The translations under genes were made by a program, and so were the position numbers. Positions 55,310-64,000 of a stretch of DNA of 64,000 nucleotides are shown piece after piece (position 1 is the stretch's first letter; each line of letters starts with the position of its first letter). Source of the stretch: Patescibacteria group bacterium (GTDB lineage Bacteria; Patescibacteriota; Patescibacteriia; 2-01-FULL-39-33); the NCBI GenBank assembly GCA_038065695.1, contig JBBTQN010000016.1:11738-75737 (forward strand), given 5' to 3'. The notes beneath the pieces are model-generated. The model searched no databases and had not been told where the DNA came from. It saw only the letters and a list, made by a program, of their open reading frames with translations.

Positions 55310-56396
55310 TTATTCCTTAATTTTTCCTCTTAAATAGCTCTCCACAAAATCATCAATCTCCCCGTTCAAGACGCGGTCCACATCGGCAGTTTCGTGTTCG
55401 GTCCGGTGATCTTTGACTAATTTATACGGATTGAGGACATAAGAACGCGCTTGATTGCCCCATTCGGCTTTCTGATAGTCCCCTTTCATCACCTTTACTC
55501 TTTCGCCTTCCTCGGTTTCATAATATTTTAAAAGTTTTGCCTTCAAAATCCTGATGGCGCTCTTCTTGTTTTGGAGCTGGGAGCGTTCGTTTTGGCATTT
55601 GGCGGCGAGGCCGGTGGGAAGGTGAGTGATTCGTACCGCCGAGTCAGTCGTGTTGACGCTCTGTCCGCCGTGACCCGAAGCGCGCATCACTTCAATTTTT
55701 AAATCCTCGTCTTTGAGCTCAATCTCCTTAATCCCCTCCGATTCCGGCAAAACCTCCACCAAAGCGAATGAGGTGTGGCGCATTTTTTCCGCGTCAAACG
55801 GCGAAATGCGCACCAAACGATGGACGCCATTCTCGGATTTTAGCCAGCCGTAAGCCCAGCGGCCGCTGATTTCTATCGTCGCGCTCTTTAGTCCCGCTTC
55901 CGCGCCCGGCGTTTCATCCACCACCTTCGCCTCAAAATTGTGCCGCTCGCAAAACCTCAAATACAGCCGCCGGAGCATTTGCGCCCAGTCCTGCGCGTCC
56001 ACCCCGCCGGTGCCGGCGTGGATGGAGACGACCACGCTTCCCTCGTCATAACGCCCGGAAAATAAAACCAAGAATTCCAATTCTTTGAATTCTTGGATTA
56101 GTTTTGACAGTTTTTTTCCAATTTCTTCCGACAGGCCGCTGTCATCCATCTGGGCCAGCTCGCCGAGTTCATCAACTTCATTTTTTAAATTTTCCCAACT
56201 CGCCAAATCTGATTTTAAATTTTCATACCTTTGGCTGATGACCCTGGCTTTTTCCGGCTCCGCCCAAAAATCGGAGTGAGAAATTTCCTTCTCCAATTCG
56301 GCGATTTCCTTTTTTACTTTATCCAAGTCAAAGCAACCTCCAAATTCCAGAGATTTGACGCTTCAAATCTTTAATTTGACTCGATGTCTCATTCAT
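55310..56396 (-). CDS. prfB: peptide chain release factor 2 with programmed +1 ribosomal frameshift (CTT TGA C at 56333-56327, SD-like GGAGG 3 nt upstream)
   Basis: ORF0 MNETSSQIKDLKRQISGIWRLL stops at TGA 56330-56328. The +1 frame continues DLDKVKKEIAEL...RISPFDAE (SPF motif)...GGQSVNTTDSAVR...GQH-like. Confidence 0.85.
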
Positions 56397-56397
56397 A

Positions 56398-56736
56398 CTA
56401 CTTCAGTTGCTTTAATTGGTTTATAAAATCAAAAATACCATTGGCCTGCCCGAAGAGATCCTGATAATTACCGAACAAATCCTTGACTAACGGCGGCAGC
56501 CAGATGAAGGCGGCGATAATCGGCGCCACAATAACCACCAGCCAAATGATTGAAATCACTATCCGCCAAAACATGAAACTCCTGATTTTTTGAGTGTCGG
56601 CGTAAATCGCGCGGTTGTATTTTAAATTTTCTTCCAATAATTTCCTTAATTCCTCCTTTTCTTCTTTGACCAAGTGCTCGGTTGCTTTGGCGTAATTGAT
56701 GTCCTCCTCTATTCGGCTTAAAAAATTTTGATCCAT
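56398..56736 (-). CDS. hypothetical small membrane protein
   Basis: ORF only, with one or two TM segments. Its stop is 1 nt from the prfB ATG. Confidence 0.4.
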   Translation of the reverse strand: MDQNFLSRIEEDINYAKATEHLVKEEKEELRKLLEENLKYNRAIYADTQKIRSFMFWRIVISIIWLVVIVAPIIAAFIWLPPLVKDLFGNYQDLFGQANGIFDFINQLKQLK

Positions 56737-56858
56737 AAAATCTAAATTATAAATTCAAAATTACAAATCCCAAATAGTTGCTAAAAAACGTTAATTTTTA
56801 AAGAATTTTGGAATTTGATATTTTAGATTTGGGATTTATTCTATTATACCACATTACT

Positions 56859-57554
56859 CTATCTGACAACACAGTTTTCCACAAACCGACTCGCGAGGTC
56901 GCGAAACTCCGCCATTTCGCCCACCGAAAAACTCGCACCGGTATAATTTTTCTCAATCAATTCGCCTTGGGGCGAAAAATTCTGTAAATAATACGTCTGG
57001 GCGCCGGCAATCAGCTCAACCATTTTGGTCAAATCCTCTTTCTGATGGAATCCTTTAATTAAAGTGCTTCTAAATTCATGGGGCAGACCGCTGTCTCTGA
57101 TAATTTTTACGCTTTCTTTAATCGCTTCTTCAGCCACGGCCTGGCCGCAAATTTCTAAGTAACGGCCCAAAGGCGCTTTGATGTCCATCGCCAGATAATC
57201 AATCAGCCCCGCCTCAATTAATTTTTTCAAAACATCGGGCAAAAGCCCGTTGGTGTCCAATTTGACCGAATAATCGATTTTTTTTATTTCTGCTAAAAAT
57301 GCCGCGAGATCGGCTTGGATGGTCGGCTCGCCGCCGGAAATCACCGCGCCGTCCAGATATTTTCTTCTTCTGTTTAAATATTCAAAAACATAATCTTCCG
57401 GCATTGGGTTTCCGGCTGAAATGAGCTCGGGCAAAACCAAATTCGGATTATAACAAAAAGGACAGCGCATATTACAACCGCTGGTAAATATGATCGCTGC
57501 CACCTTTTGCGGATAATCCAGTAAAGTCACTGGTTGTAATCCGCCGATTTTCAT
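56859..57554 (-). CDS. nrdG: anaerobic ribonucleoside-triphosphate reductase activating protein (radical SAM)
   Basis: Reads TSGCNMRCPFCYNP. Confidence 0.85.
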   Translation of the reverse strand: MKIGGLQPVTLLDYPQKVAAIIFTSGCNMRCPFCYNPNLVLPELISAGNPMPEDYVFEYLNRRRKYLDGAVISGGEPTIQADLAAFLAEIKKIDYSVKLDTNGLLPDVLKKLIEAGLIDYLAMDIKAPLGRYLEICGQAVAEEAIKESVKIIRDSGLPHEFRSTLIKGFHQKEDLTKMVELIAGAQTYYLQNFSPQGELIEKNYTGASFSVGEMAEFRDLASRFVENCVVR

Positions 57555-57573
57555 AAGTCTTTTTGTCTTACAA

Positions 57574-57729
57574 TCAATCGTTTAAGACGCCGCTCTTTTC
57601 AAAAGTCTTCCGGTCGGAAAATTCCGATTGTTTGCCCGGATTCCACTGGTCCACCGGCCGAATGTAGCCGACGACGCGGGAATAAACCTCGCAGAGCTGG
57701 CGTTTCGCTGTTGTTTTGTCACCTTCCAT
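57574..57729 (-). CDS. nrdD: NrdD glycyl-radical C-terminal module encoded as separate 51-aa ORF
   Basis: Translates to MEGDKTTAKRQLCEVYSRVVGYIRPVDQWNPGKQSEFSDRKTFEKSGVLND, which matches the class III RNR C-terminal RVxGY...WNxGKxxE glycyl radical motif. Confidence 0.7.
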   Translation of the reverse strand: MEGDKTTAKRQLCEVYSRVVGYIRPVDQWNPGKQSEFSDRKTFEKSGVLND

Positions 57730-57842
57730 ATAAAAATTTATTTATTAATAAATTTTAATTTATAAAGTCCATAAAGTCGAAAGTCTATAAAGTCGTCTGA
57801 TTAATGACTTTAAGAACTTTATGAACTTTTAACTTTATAGAC
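57730..57842. repeat. AT-word palindromic spacer ('tataaagtc' family) separating nrdD body from its glycyl-radical tail
   Basis: The sequence is ttttaatttataaagtccataaagtcgaaagtctataaagtcgtctgattaatgactttaagaactttatgaacttttaactttatagactt. Confidence 0.75.
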
Positions 57843-59888
57843 TTAAAGCGGCAATTTATCCTCTTGCTGTCTGACAAAACCGATCTCCTCGTCACAAACT
57901 GGACAATAGCGATGTTCGCCATTAAGGTAGCCGTGCTTAGGACAGACCGAAAAAGTCGGCGTCAAGGTGTAGTAGGGCAAACGAAAATTCTCCGCGATTT
58001 TTCTGACCAATTTTTTGGTGCTTTCAATATCAGACAACCGCTCTCCTAAAAAGCCGTGGATGACCGTGCCGCCGGTGTACTTAATTTGCAAATCATCCTG
58101 CTGTTCCAACACTTCAAAGATATCATGGGAAAAATTGACCGGCAAATGAGTGGAATTGGTGTAATAAGGCGCCGCGCCCTTTTCCCGGTAGGCCTCTTCG
58201 TTGGCCACGATAATGTCAGGATAAAGCTCTTTGTCCTTTTTGGCAAATCGGTAGGTCGTGCCTTCCGCCGGCGTCGCTTCCAGATTGTAAAGCTGGTTAT
58301 CTTCTTCTTGATAGCGCGCCAGCCGTTCCAGCATAAAATCAATCACTTTAAGCGCGAATTCCTTGCCTTCGGGCGTGGAAAGCGGCCGATTCATAAAATT
58401 CAAAACCGCTTCATTCATCCCGTTGATGCCAATCGTGTTGAAATGATTGCGCCAGTATTCGCCAAATCGCTCTTTGATGTCGCCAAGATAAAAACGGCTA
58501 TAAGGATAAAGCCCGCTTTCGGTAAAATTTTCCAAAATTTTTCGCTTTAATTCCAAGCTTTGGCGGGATAAATCCATCACTTGACCGAGGCGACTGAAAA
58601 AACCGTCTTGGGTTTTGGCGAGATAGCCGATGCGAGGCAAATTGATGGTGACGACGCCGATGGAGCCGGTCAGCGGATTAGCGGCAAAAATCCCGCCGCC
58701 GCGCTTCCGAAGCTCCCGATTATCCAGCCTCAATCTGCAACACATTGACCTCGCGTCCTCCACTTTCATATCACTGTTGATAAAATTGGCGAAATAAGGA
58801 ATCCCGTATTTAGCGGTCATCTCCCAAATCGGGCTAAGCACTTCATTATCCCAATTGAAATCGCGCGAAATATTATAAGTCGGAATGGGAAAAGTGAATA
58901 CCCGCCCCTTGGCGTCGCCTTCAAACATCACTTCGGCAAACGCCTTATTGATCAAATCCATCTCCGGCTGGAATTCTTTGTAAGTTTCGGTTTGCGGCGC
59001 GCCGCCGATAATAACCGCTTCGTCGGCTAAGGTGGAAGGACACAATAAATCAAAAGTTAAATTACTAAAAGGCGTTTGAAATCCGACTCTGGTCGGCACA
59101 TTCATATTAAACACGAATTCCTGAAGCGCTTGTTTGACCTGTTTGTACTCTAAACCGTCATGGCGGACAAAAGGCGCGAGTAAGGTGTCAAAATTGGCCA
59201 AAGCGACCGCGCCGGCCGCCTCGCCTTGTAAAGTATAAAGAAAATTCACCGCGTGGCCTAAAGCGACGCGGAAATGCTTGGCGGGCTTGCTCTGGACCTT
59301 GCCGTTCACCCCGCCAAAACCGACTCTTAAAATCGCCTGCAAATCCCAACCGCAGCAATAAACCGCGAGAAGTTGGAGGTCATGGAGATGAATGGCGGCG
59401 CTTACATGCGCTTCTCTGATTTCTGGCGGATAGATCTTATTGAGCCAATAATGCGAGCTGACCGAGGAAGCGACGTGATTATTGAGCCCTTGGAGCGAAT
59501 AAGCCATATTGGCGTTTTCCTTGACCCGCCAATCCAATTGCTTCAAATAGCCGTCAATAACATCATTGGAATTAATCAGTTCTTTCAGTTCCCGAAGCCG
59601 AGCGTGCTGTTCGCGGTAAATAATGTAAGATTTGGCCGCTTTAACCAAATCGGCGTCAATTAAAATCTCCTCCACGATATCCTGAATTTCTTCAATCGCC
59701 GGAATTGAGCGAGGATGGAATTTGCTATTGAGTAGCCGCATCACTCGTTCGGCCAATTCTTCGGCCAAAGGCAAATCTTCCCGGCCGACCGCTTTTAGGG
59801 CCTTAAAAACCGCCTGAATGATTTTGTTTTGGTCAAAATCAACAATCCGGCCGTCCCGTTTCTTTACCTGCTTGATTTGGTTTTCCAT
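57843..59888 (-). CDS. nrdD: anaerobic ribonucleoside-triphosphate reductase (class III), ATP-cone + catalytic body + zinc ribbon; lacks glycyl-radical tail
   Basis: Has an N-terminal ATP-cone (VKKRDGRIVDFDQNKI), a catalytic domain and C-terminal CPKHG...CPVC. It ends DEEIGFVRQQEDKLPL without the RVxGY motif. Confidence 0.85.
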   Translation of the reverse strand: MENQIKQVKKRDGRIVDFDQNKIIQAVFKALKAVGREDLPLAEELAERVMRLLNSKFHPRSIPAIEEIQDIVEEILIDADLVKAAKSYIIYREQHARLRELKELINSNDVIDGYLKQLDWRVKENANMAYSLQGLNNHVASSVSSHYWLNKIYPPEIREAHVSAAIHLHDLQLLAVYCCGWDLQAILRVGFGGVNGKVQSKPAKHFRVALGHAVNFLYTLQGEAAGAVALANFDTLLAPFVRHDGLEYKQVKQALQEFVFNMNVPTRVGFQTPFSNLTFDLLCPSTLADEAVIIGGAPQTETYKEFQPEMDLINKAFAEVMFEGDAKGRVFTFPIPTYNISRDFNWDNEVLSPIWEMTAKYGIPYFANFINSDMKVEDARSMCCRLRLDNRELRKRGGGIFAANPLTGSIGVVTINLPRIGYLAKTQDGFFSRLGQVMDLSRQSLELKRKILENFTESGLYPYSRFYLGDIKERFGEYWRNHFNTIGINGMNEAVLNFMNRPLSTPEGKEFALKVIDFMLERLARYQEEDNQLYNLEATPAEGTTYRFAKKDKELYPDIIVANEEAYREKGAAPYYTNSTHLPVNFSHDIFEVLEQQDDLQIKYTGGTVIHGFLGERLSDIESTKKLVRKIAENFRLPYYTLTPTFSVCPKHGYLNGEHRYCPVCDEEIGFVRQQEDKLPL

Positions 59889-60214
59889 AAATTTGCCACA
59901 CCTTCGGAAAAATGAGAAAAAAGATGATAAAAGAGGAATTTAAGCCAAAATTTTAACGAATAAACAGATTTCGGCGGGTGGGGCCAGCCGATTTCAAAAA
60001 TTAAAATTAGAGTAAAAATCACAAAATAAAAAAATAGACCCGCGAGCGAAAATCAATAATTTTAAAATTCAAAAAATCTTCGCCAGATCTATCTTATCAT
60101 TGCTTCCCAACATCTTTAATTATAACACCTTCAAGCCCCTTGTCAAAAATCGCTTTTTGGCTGGTTTTTTAAAATTTTAAAGACGGTTTGGGGATAACAT
60201 TTTGGATAAAAAAA

Positions 60215-60244
60215 GCGTCGAGACGCCCGACGGGGCGTCTCGAC
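60215..60244. repeat. hairpin gcgtcgagacgcccgacggggcgtctcgac downstream of ftsZ
   Basis: A perfect stem, in the gtagagacgc family. Confidence 0.8.
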
Positions 60245-60268
60245 AAATTAATTTCTTGATTTTTTAAT

Positions 60269-61444
60269 TTATCTCATCTTTTTCCTGATGAAAGCCGGGA
60301 TTTCCAAATCCTCTTCTTCCACCCGCGGCCGAATCCTAGATGGCGGCGCCGGCCTTTCTTTTTCTTCCATTTTAGCCGTTTCTGTTTTTGGCGCTTTGGT
60401 TTCGGTCGGTTTTTCATCAATCACCCGGCGGGAAAACAAGCGATTCATTGAATATCTCGGCTCTTCTAAGGATGAACGGCTGGCCTTTTCTTTATCGCCG
60501 AATCCGGTGGCGACCACCGTGATTCTCACTCTGTCTTTCATCGCCTCGTCAATCGCGACGCCGAAAATGATTTTCGCGTTGGAGTCGGCGCTTTCCGTAA
60601 TCGCCTCGGCCGCTTCATGGACCTCGTCCATCGTCAAGTTTGGCCCGCCCATCACAATAAACAAGATTCCGCGCGCCCCGTCAATTGAAACATCCAAAAG
60701 CGGAGAGGAAACCGCCATTTTGGCGGCGGCCACCGCTCGGTTTTCGCCATTCGCCTCGCCAATACCCATCAAGGCCGAGCCAGAATCAAGCATAATCGCT
60801 TTGACATCGGCAAAATCAAGATTGATTAAAGAAGGCATGGTGATGAGCTCGGAAATCCCCTGCACGCCTTGACGCAAAACATCATCAACGACTTTAAATG
60901 AATCGAGAATGGAGGTCTTCTTGTCAATAATTTGAAAAATTTTATCGTTGGGAATGGTAATAATTGTGTCCACCCGATCTCGAAGTTCATGATAGCCGCG
61001 TTCAGCGATCGCCGCGCGCTGCGTGCCCTCAAAGGAAAACGGCTTGGTCACCACCGCGACCACCAAAGCGCCAAGTTCTTTGGCGACTTGCGCCACCATC
61101 GGCGACGCGCCGGTGCCGGTGCCGCCGCCCAAACCGCAAGTAACGAAAACCATATCCGCCCCTTTTAAGGCGTCACGGATGTCATTAATGCTTTCTTGCG
61201 CCGCTTGAAAACCAAGTTCCGGATCCATCCCCGCTCCCAGTCCGCGAGTGGTCATCTGGCCGATATGAAGCTTGTGCTTTGCTTCGTTGTGATGAAGCGC
61301 TTGGACATCGGTATTAATCGCCATAAATTCCACGCCTTTGATTTTTGAGGCGATCATTCGATTGATGGCGGATCCGCCGGAGCCCCCCACGCCGATCACT
61401 TTAATTTTGGCAAAAGTTTCAAGTTCCGGTTTTATTTCGGGCAT
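60269..61444 (-). CDS. ftsZ: cell division protein FtsZ
   Basis: Reads IKVIGVGGSGGSAINRM...GGGTGTGASP. Confidence 0.95.
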   Translation of the reverse strand: MPEIKPELETFAKIKVIGVGGSGGSAINRMIASKIKGVEFMAINTDVQALHHNEAKHKLHIGQMTTRGLGAGMDPELGFQAAQESINDIRDALKGADMVFVTCGLGGGTGTGASPMVAQVAKELGALVVAVVTKPFSFEGTQRAAIAERGYHELRDRVDTIITIPNDKIFQIIDKKTSILDSFKVVDDVLRQGVQGISELITMPSLINLDFADVKAIMLDSGSALMGIGEANGENRAVAAAKMAVSSPLLDVSIDGARGILFIVMGGPNLTMDEVHEAAEAITESADSNAKIIFGVAIDEAMKDRVRITVVATGFGDKEKASRSSLEEPRYSMNRLFSRRVIDEKPTETKAPKTETAKMEEKERPAPPSRIRPRVEEEDLEIPAFIRKKMR

Positions 61445-61566
61445 ATAATTTAGTTTATAAAGTTTATAAAGTTAAAAGTTTATAAAATCATCTTTTTAAT
61501 AATTATTTTTATCTAATATACTTTTGACTTTATAGACTTTATAGACTTTATAGACTTTTGACTTCG
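61445..61566. repeat. AT-word palindromic spacer ('tataaagtt ... gactttatagac' inverted)
   Basis: The pairing gtttataaagtttataaagttaaaagt ... acttttgactttatagactttatagactttatagac forms a near-perfect long palindrome. Confidence 0.75.
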
Positions 61567-62811
61567 TTAGGGTAAAAATGACTTAAACCATCTTCTCATT
61601 TGACTCGCGGCTTTGTCAACGCTCCGAAAGCGGCTTAAGATTTTCAGGCCGAAACCGCCTCGCTGCAGTTCGCTCCCCCAAATCACCAAGCCGATCGCCG
61701 TGGTAAAAGACAAATCGCTTACTTTATCCAGATTGGAAATCAATTCTTGCGGATAGCCGAGTGAAGCGGGAAGACGCAAAGTTTTTTTCGCCACTTCCGT
61801 CATCCCGTCAAGTTTCGCGCCCGAGCCGGTCAAAACCGCGCCCGCCGGCAACATTCCCGAACGGCCGATCTTCTTAAGTTCCTTGTCCACCCGTTCCATT
61901 ATTTCTTCCACTCTGGCTTCAATGATTTCCGCGACTTCTTTCTTGGAAAAATAACCGTCTTCTATTCCGCCCAAATCGGCAAATTTCATTTCATCCGTCT
62001 TCTTGAAACTTTCCGAAAGCGCGCTGCCTTCACGGAGTTTTATCTTTTCCGCCGTATCCAGTGAAATCCGCAGTCCGATGGCGATATCGTTGGTGATGTA
62101 TTCGGAGCCGATCGGCAAAACCGCCGTGTGCAGCACGTTATTTTCCTCAAAAACCGCGATGCCGGTCGTCGCGCCGCCGATATTTACCAACACCACTCCC
62201 AATTCTTTCTGGCGATTGGTCAAAACACTCTCCGCCGAAGCTAAAATGGACAAAACCTCATCATCAATATCCAAGCCGGTGCGATAAACGCATTTGGTCA
62301 AATTTTTTATCTGCGCCGCGAGGCCTTGGATGATTTGCGCTTCCACTTCCAGCCGAATGCCGGTCATGCCAATCGGATCCTTAATGCCAGTTTGCGAGTC
62401 AACGGTAAAACTTTTTGGGATGACATGAAGGATTTCATAATTCGGTGGAATCGCGACGGCTTGCGCCGCGGCGATTACCCGTTCCACATCCTCTGATCTG
62501 ATTTCGCCGTCCGCTTTGGAAACGGCGACGACTCCCTTGCTCTCACTCGCGATAATATGACTGCCATTAATTCCAACCCAAGCGTGGTCAATCGGCTGGC
62601 CGATCATCCGCTCCACTTTTTCCAAAGCGGAAGAAATCGAGGAAACCGCGTCTTCAACGCTGGTGACGATGCCTTTGCTGATTCCTTGAGCCGGCACTTC
62701 CGTCGCGCCGATGATTTTCAGCCGCTCGTCTCCTTTTTCCTTTTGGCCGACCACGACTCGGATCGCGGTTGAGCCGACATCAAGTCCGGTTATTAAATCG
62801 CTTTTAAGCAT
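61567..62811 (-). CDS. ftsA: cell division protein FtsA
   Basis: Reads LITGLDVGSTAIRVVVGQ...actin-like ATPase fold. The start is set at the Met at 62811. Confidence 0.9.
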   Translation of the reverse strand: MLKSDLITGLDVGSTAIRVVVGQKEKGDERLKIIGATEVPAQGISKGIVTSVEDAVSSISSALEKVERMIGQPIDHAWVGINGSHIIASESKGVVAVSKADGEIRSEDVERVIAAAQAVAIPPNYEILHVIPKSFTVDSQTGIKDPIGMTGIRLEVEAQIIQGLAAQIKNLTKCVYRTGLDIDDEVLSILASAESVLTNRQKELGVVLVNIGGATTGIAVFEENNVLHTAVLPIGSEYITNDIAIGLRISLDTAEKIKLREGSALSESFKKTDEMKFADLGGIEDGYFSKKEVAEIIEARVEEIMERVDKELKKIGRSGMLPAGAVLTGSGAKLDGMTEVAKKTLRLPASLGYPQELISNLDKVSDLSFTTAIGLVIWGSELQRGGFGLKILSRFRSVDKAASQMRRWFKSFLP

Positions 62812-62893
62812 GGGATAAAACTTAGTTATTATTATAAAACAGAAAGAAAATCTATTCAATAGCCAAAAAACAAAAAATGAACAAATTTTGTGT

Positions 62894-63346
62894 TCAAGGC
62901 ATTTTTAGGATTTTTCCTATTCTTTTTTCAAAATTTTCCATCTTTCTCGCTTTGGCCAATGAAACCCTCTCGTGCTCGTAGCCGACTAAATGCGCCAAGC
63001 CATGAATAAGGAGCCGGGCCACTTCCACTTCAAAAGAAACATTGAATTCTTTTGCTTGCCTTTTAGCGATAGGCGCGCAAATCACCACTTCGCCCAAATA
63101 ATTTTTTTCTTCCGGCGGATTGATGAATTCGCCCTTCTCTTCGGCAAAGCTCAAAACATCAGTCGCTTTTTTTTGTCCTCGCCATTTATGATTCAATTTT
63201 TTTATCTCCGCTTCGCCGACAAAAGCGAGAGAAAAATACCACTGGCCTTTTAATTTTGACTCTTTAAAAAAATATTGGACAATTTGTTTTAAATATTTTG
63301 AGGGGTAAGTCGTTTTCGTCCGATAATTAACTTCAAATTTTAACAT
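62894..63346 (-). CDS. ybeY: rRNA maturation endoribonuclease YbeY
   Basis: Reads HGLAHLVGYEHE (H3xH5xH). Confidence 0.85.
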   Translation of the reverse strand: MLKFEVNYRTKTTYPSKYLKQIVQYFFKESKLKGQWYFSLAFVGEAEIKKLNHKWRGQKKATDVLSFAEEKGEFINPPEEKNYLGEVVICAPIAKRQAKEFNVSFEVEVARLLIHGLAHLVGYEHERVSLAKARKMENFEKRIGKILKMP

Positions 63347-63370
63347 ACTTTTTAAACGGCGAATAACTGA

Positions 63371-64000
63371 TTATTTACAAACCTTTGCCTGTGCGATAGC
63401 ATCACCCGCGAGGCAATCAACCTGCTGGCAGGTTTTCCCGACAGAACAGTCGGCATTGGCCTGGCAACTTTTTTCATAGCAAACGCCGGTGGCGGTCTCA
63501 CAACTGTTGCCACCGTCGGGAAGCGGCCCGCAGGGCTTGTCTTGGCAAAAAACACCCAAGCAATTCGCGGCCAGCAAGGTGTTGACTGCTTTGAAGGTCT
63601 TGATCATCATATTGAAAATGGCGGGATAACGGAATTCATTCACGTCGCTTAGAAGATATTCAAAAGTATAAATTTTGGTCTTTTCCGGATTGACCAGATA
63701 CGCCTCCAAGCCGGAGGGCGAAAAAATCCCCTCCAAAACATCAGCTTTGACCGTCTTTAAATCGCTCAAAGAAGTTTGGGGGTGTAAATTTAAATACCAA
63801 TTGGCGGCGGAGAGCTTGTCCGGATTGTCTTTGACGGAAATCCGGATGATCTCCCCGGTGTCCGTGGTAATGACCACCTGGCGGCTGGCGGAAATCGGGC
63901 TCACCGGCCAGTTTTTGATGTTTAAAAATTCAAAATTATCGCCGGCAAAACTGGTGGTGACAACTTGAACGGCGCTCGCATCTTTTATTTTGGCTGAATT
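63371..64000 (-). CDS. hypothetical Cys-rich (likely secreted) protein, N-terminus beyond window end
   Basis: The frame is open to the window edge. The C-terminus carries CQDKPCGPLPDGGNSCETATGVCYEKSCQANADCSVGKTCQQVDC. Confidence 0.4.
   Translation of the reverse strand, partial: NSAKIKDASAVQVVTTSFAGDNFEFLNIKNWPVSPISASRQVVITTDTGEIIRISVKDNPDKLSAANWYLNLHPQTSLSDLKTVKADVLEGIFSPSGLEAYLVNPEKTKIYTFEYLLSDVNEFRYPAIFNMMIKTFKAVNTLLAANCLGVFCQDKPCGPLPDGGNSCETATGVCYEKSCQANADCSVGKTCQQVDCLAGDAIAQAKVCK

Noticed and set aside
57730-57842. Possibility that the 113-bp segment splitting nrdD is a group I/II intron or an intein
   Set aside because: It is far too short for a self-splicing intron. It has no recognisable P-helices or domain V, and it is not in frame (so not an intein). 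Its sequence is the same AT-word palindrome found in ordinary intergenic spacers. I keep it as an inserted spacer or natural split rather than an intron.
63352-63555. 67-aa minus ORF overlapping the start of the Cys-rich protein gene
   Set aside because: It lies in an alternative frame inside the longer open frame 63371-64000 and has no independent support.

Overview
The gene content and sequence style suggest a Candidate Phyla Radiation (Patescibacteria-like) genome. Supporting features: the S10-spc ribosomal cluster lacks rpmD (L30) between rpsE and rplO, S12 carries an N-terminal insertion and L24 a zinc-ribbon tail, several ribosomal proteins have Lys-rich extensions, class III RNR and pyruvate:ferredoxin oxidoreductase are present, and most host genes have weak or no Shine-Dalgarno sequences. 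Nearly all genes lie on the minus strand.

Gene order from the start of the window: uvrA (N-terminal ~598 aa; the rest lies beyond position 1); a remodelled por operon; a DsbA-like protein; secG with an OppA-like substrate-binding protein and rnj on the plus strand; a tRNA/rpmG cluster; a TPR protein with fba, tpiA and a D-Ala-D-Ala carboxypeptidase; scpA-scpB; aspS; recO-ruvX; an AbiEii-like toxin gene; map-adk-secY and the spc/S10 ribosomal operons; tuf; an inserted toxin-antitoxin and foreign-gene island; fusA-rpsG-rpsL; an M50 protease; rpmB (missing from the ORF track because it is under 60 aa); ndk; a response regulator; comEC; prfB, which carries the canonical +1 programmed frameshift; nrdG; nrdD; ftsZ-ftsA; and ybeY.

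The findings I would look at first:
- Three tandem, diverged HExxH paralogs are translationally coupled inside the por operon, in the position where porD normally sits. A very AT-rich, Cys-rich membrane protein gene also sits between porA and porB.
- nrdD is split: its glycyl-radical tail is a separate 51-aa ORF, placed 113 bp downstream behind an AT-word palindromic spacer.
- Several dispersed palindromic repeat families are present. These are GGGGAGG composite palindromes, gtagagacgc...gcgtctctac hairpins, GC-rich repeats translating to the SWIPAFAGMT or cattgcgagg type, a MITE-like element with 25-bp terminal inverted repeats, and ubiquitous AT-rich 'word' palindromes filling almost every intergenic spacer, including inside the ribosomal operons. 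Some of these insert in-frame into coding sequences: twice into comEC and once into a hypothetical protein.
- A dinJ-yafQ toxin-antitoxin pair and a foreign plus-strand cassette, with its own sigma70-like promoter, strong Shine-Dalgarno sequences and terminator, are inserted between fusA and tuf.
- An AbiEii-like toxin gene sits at the point where the spc/alpha operon breaks off after map.
- There is a 5'-half duplicate of tRNA-Thr, and a tRNA-Trp with noncanonical D- and T-loops.
- porA contains an in-frame 8-bp microsatellite.
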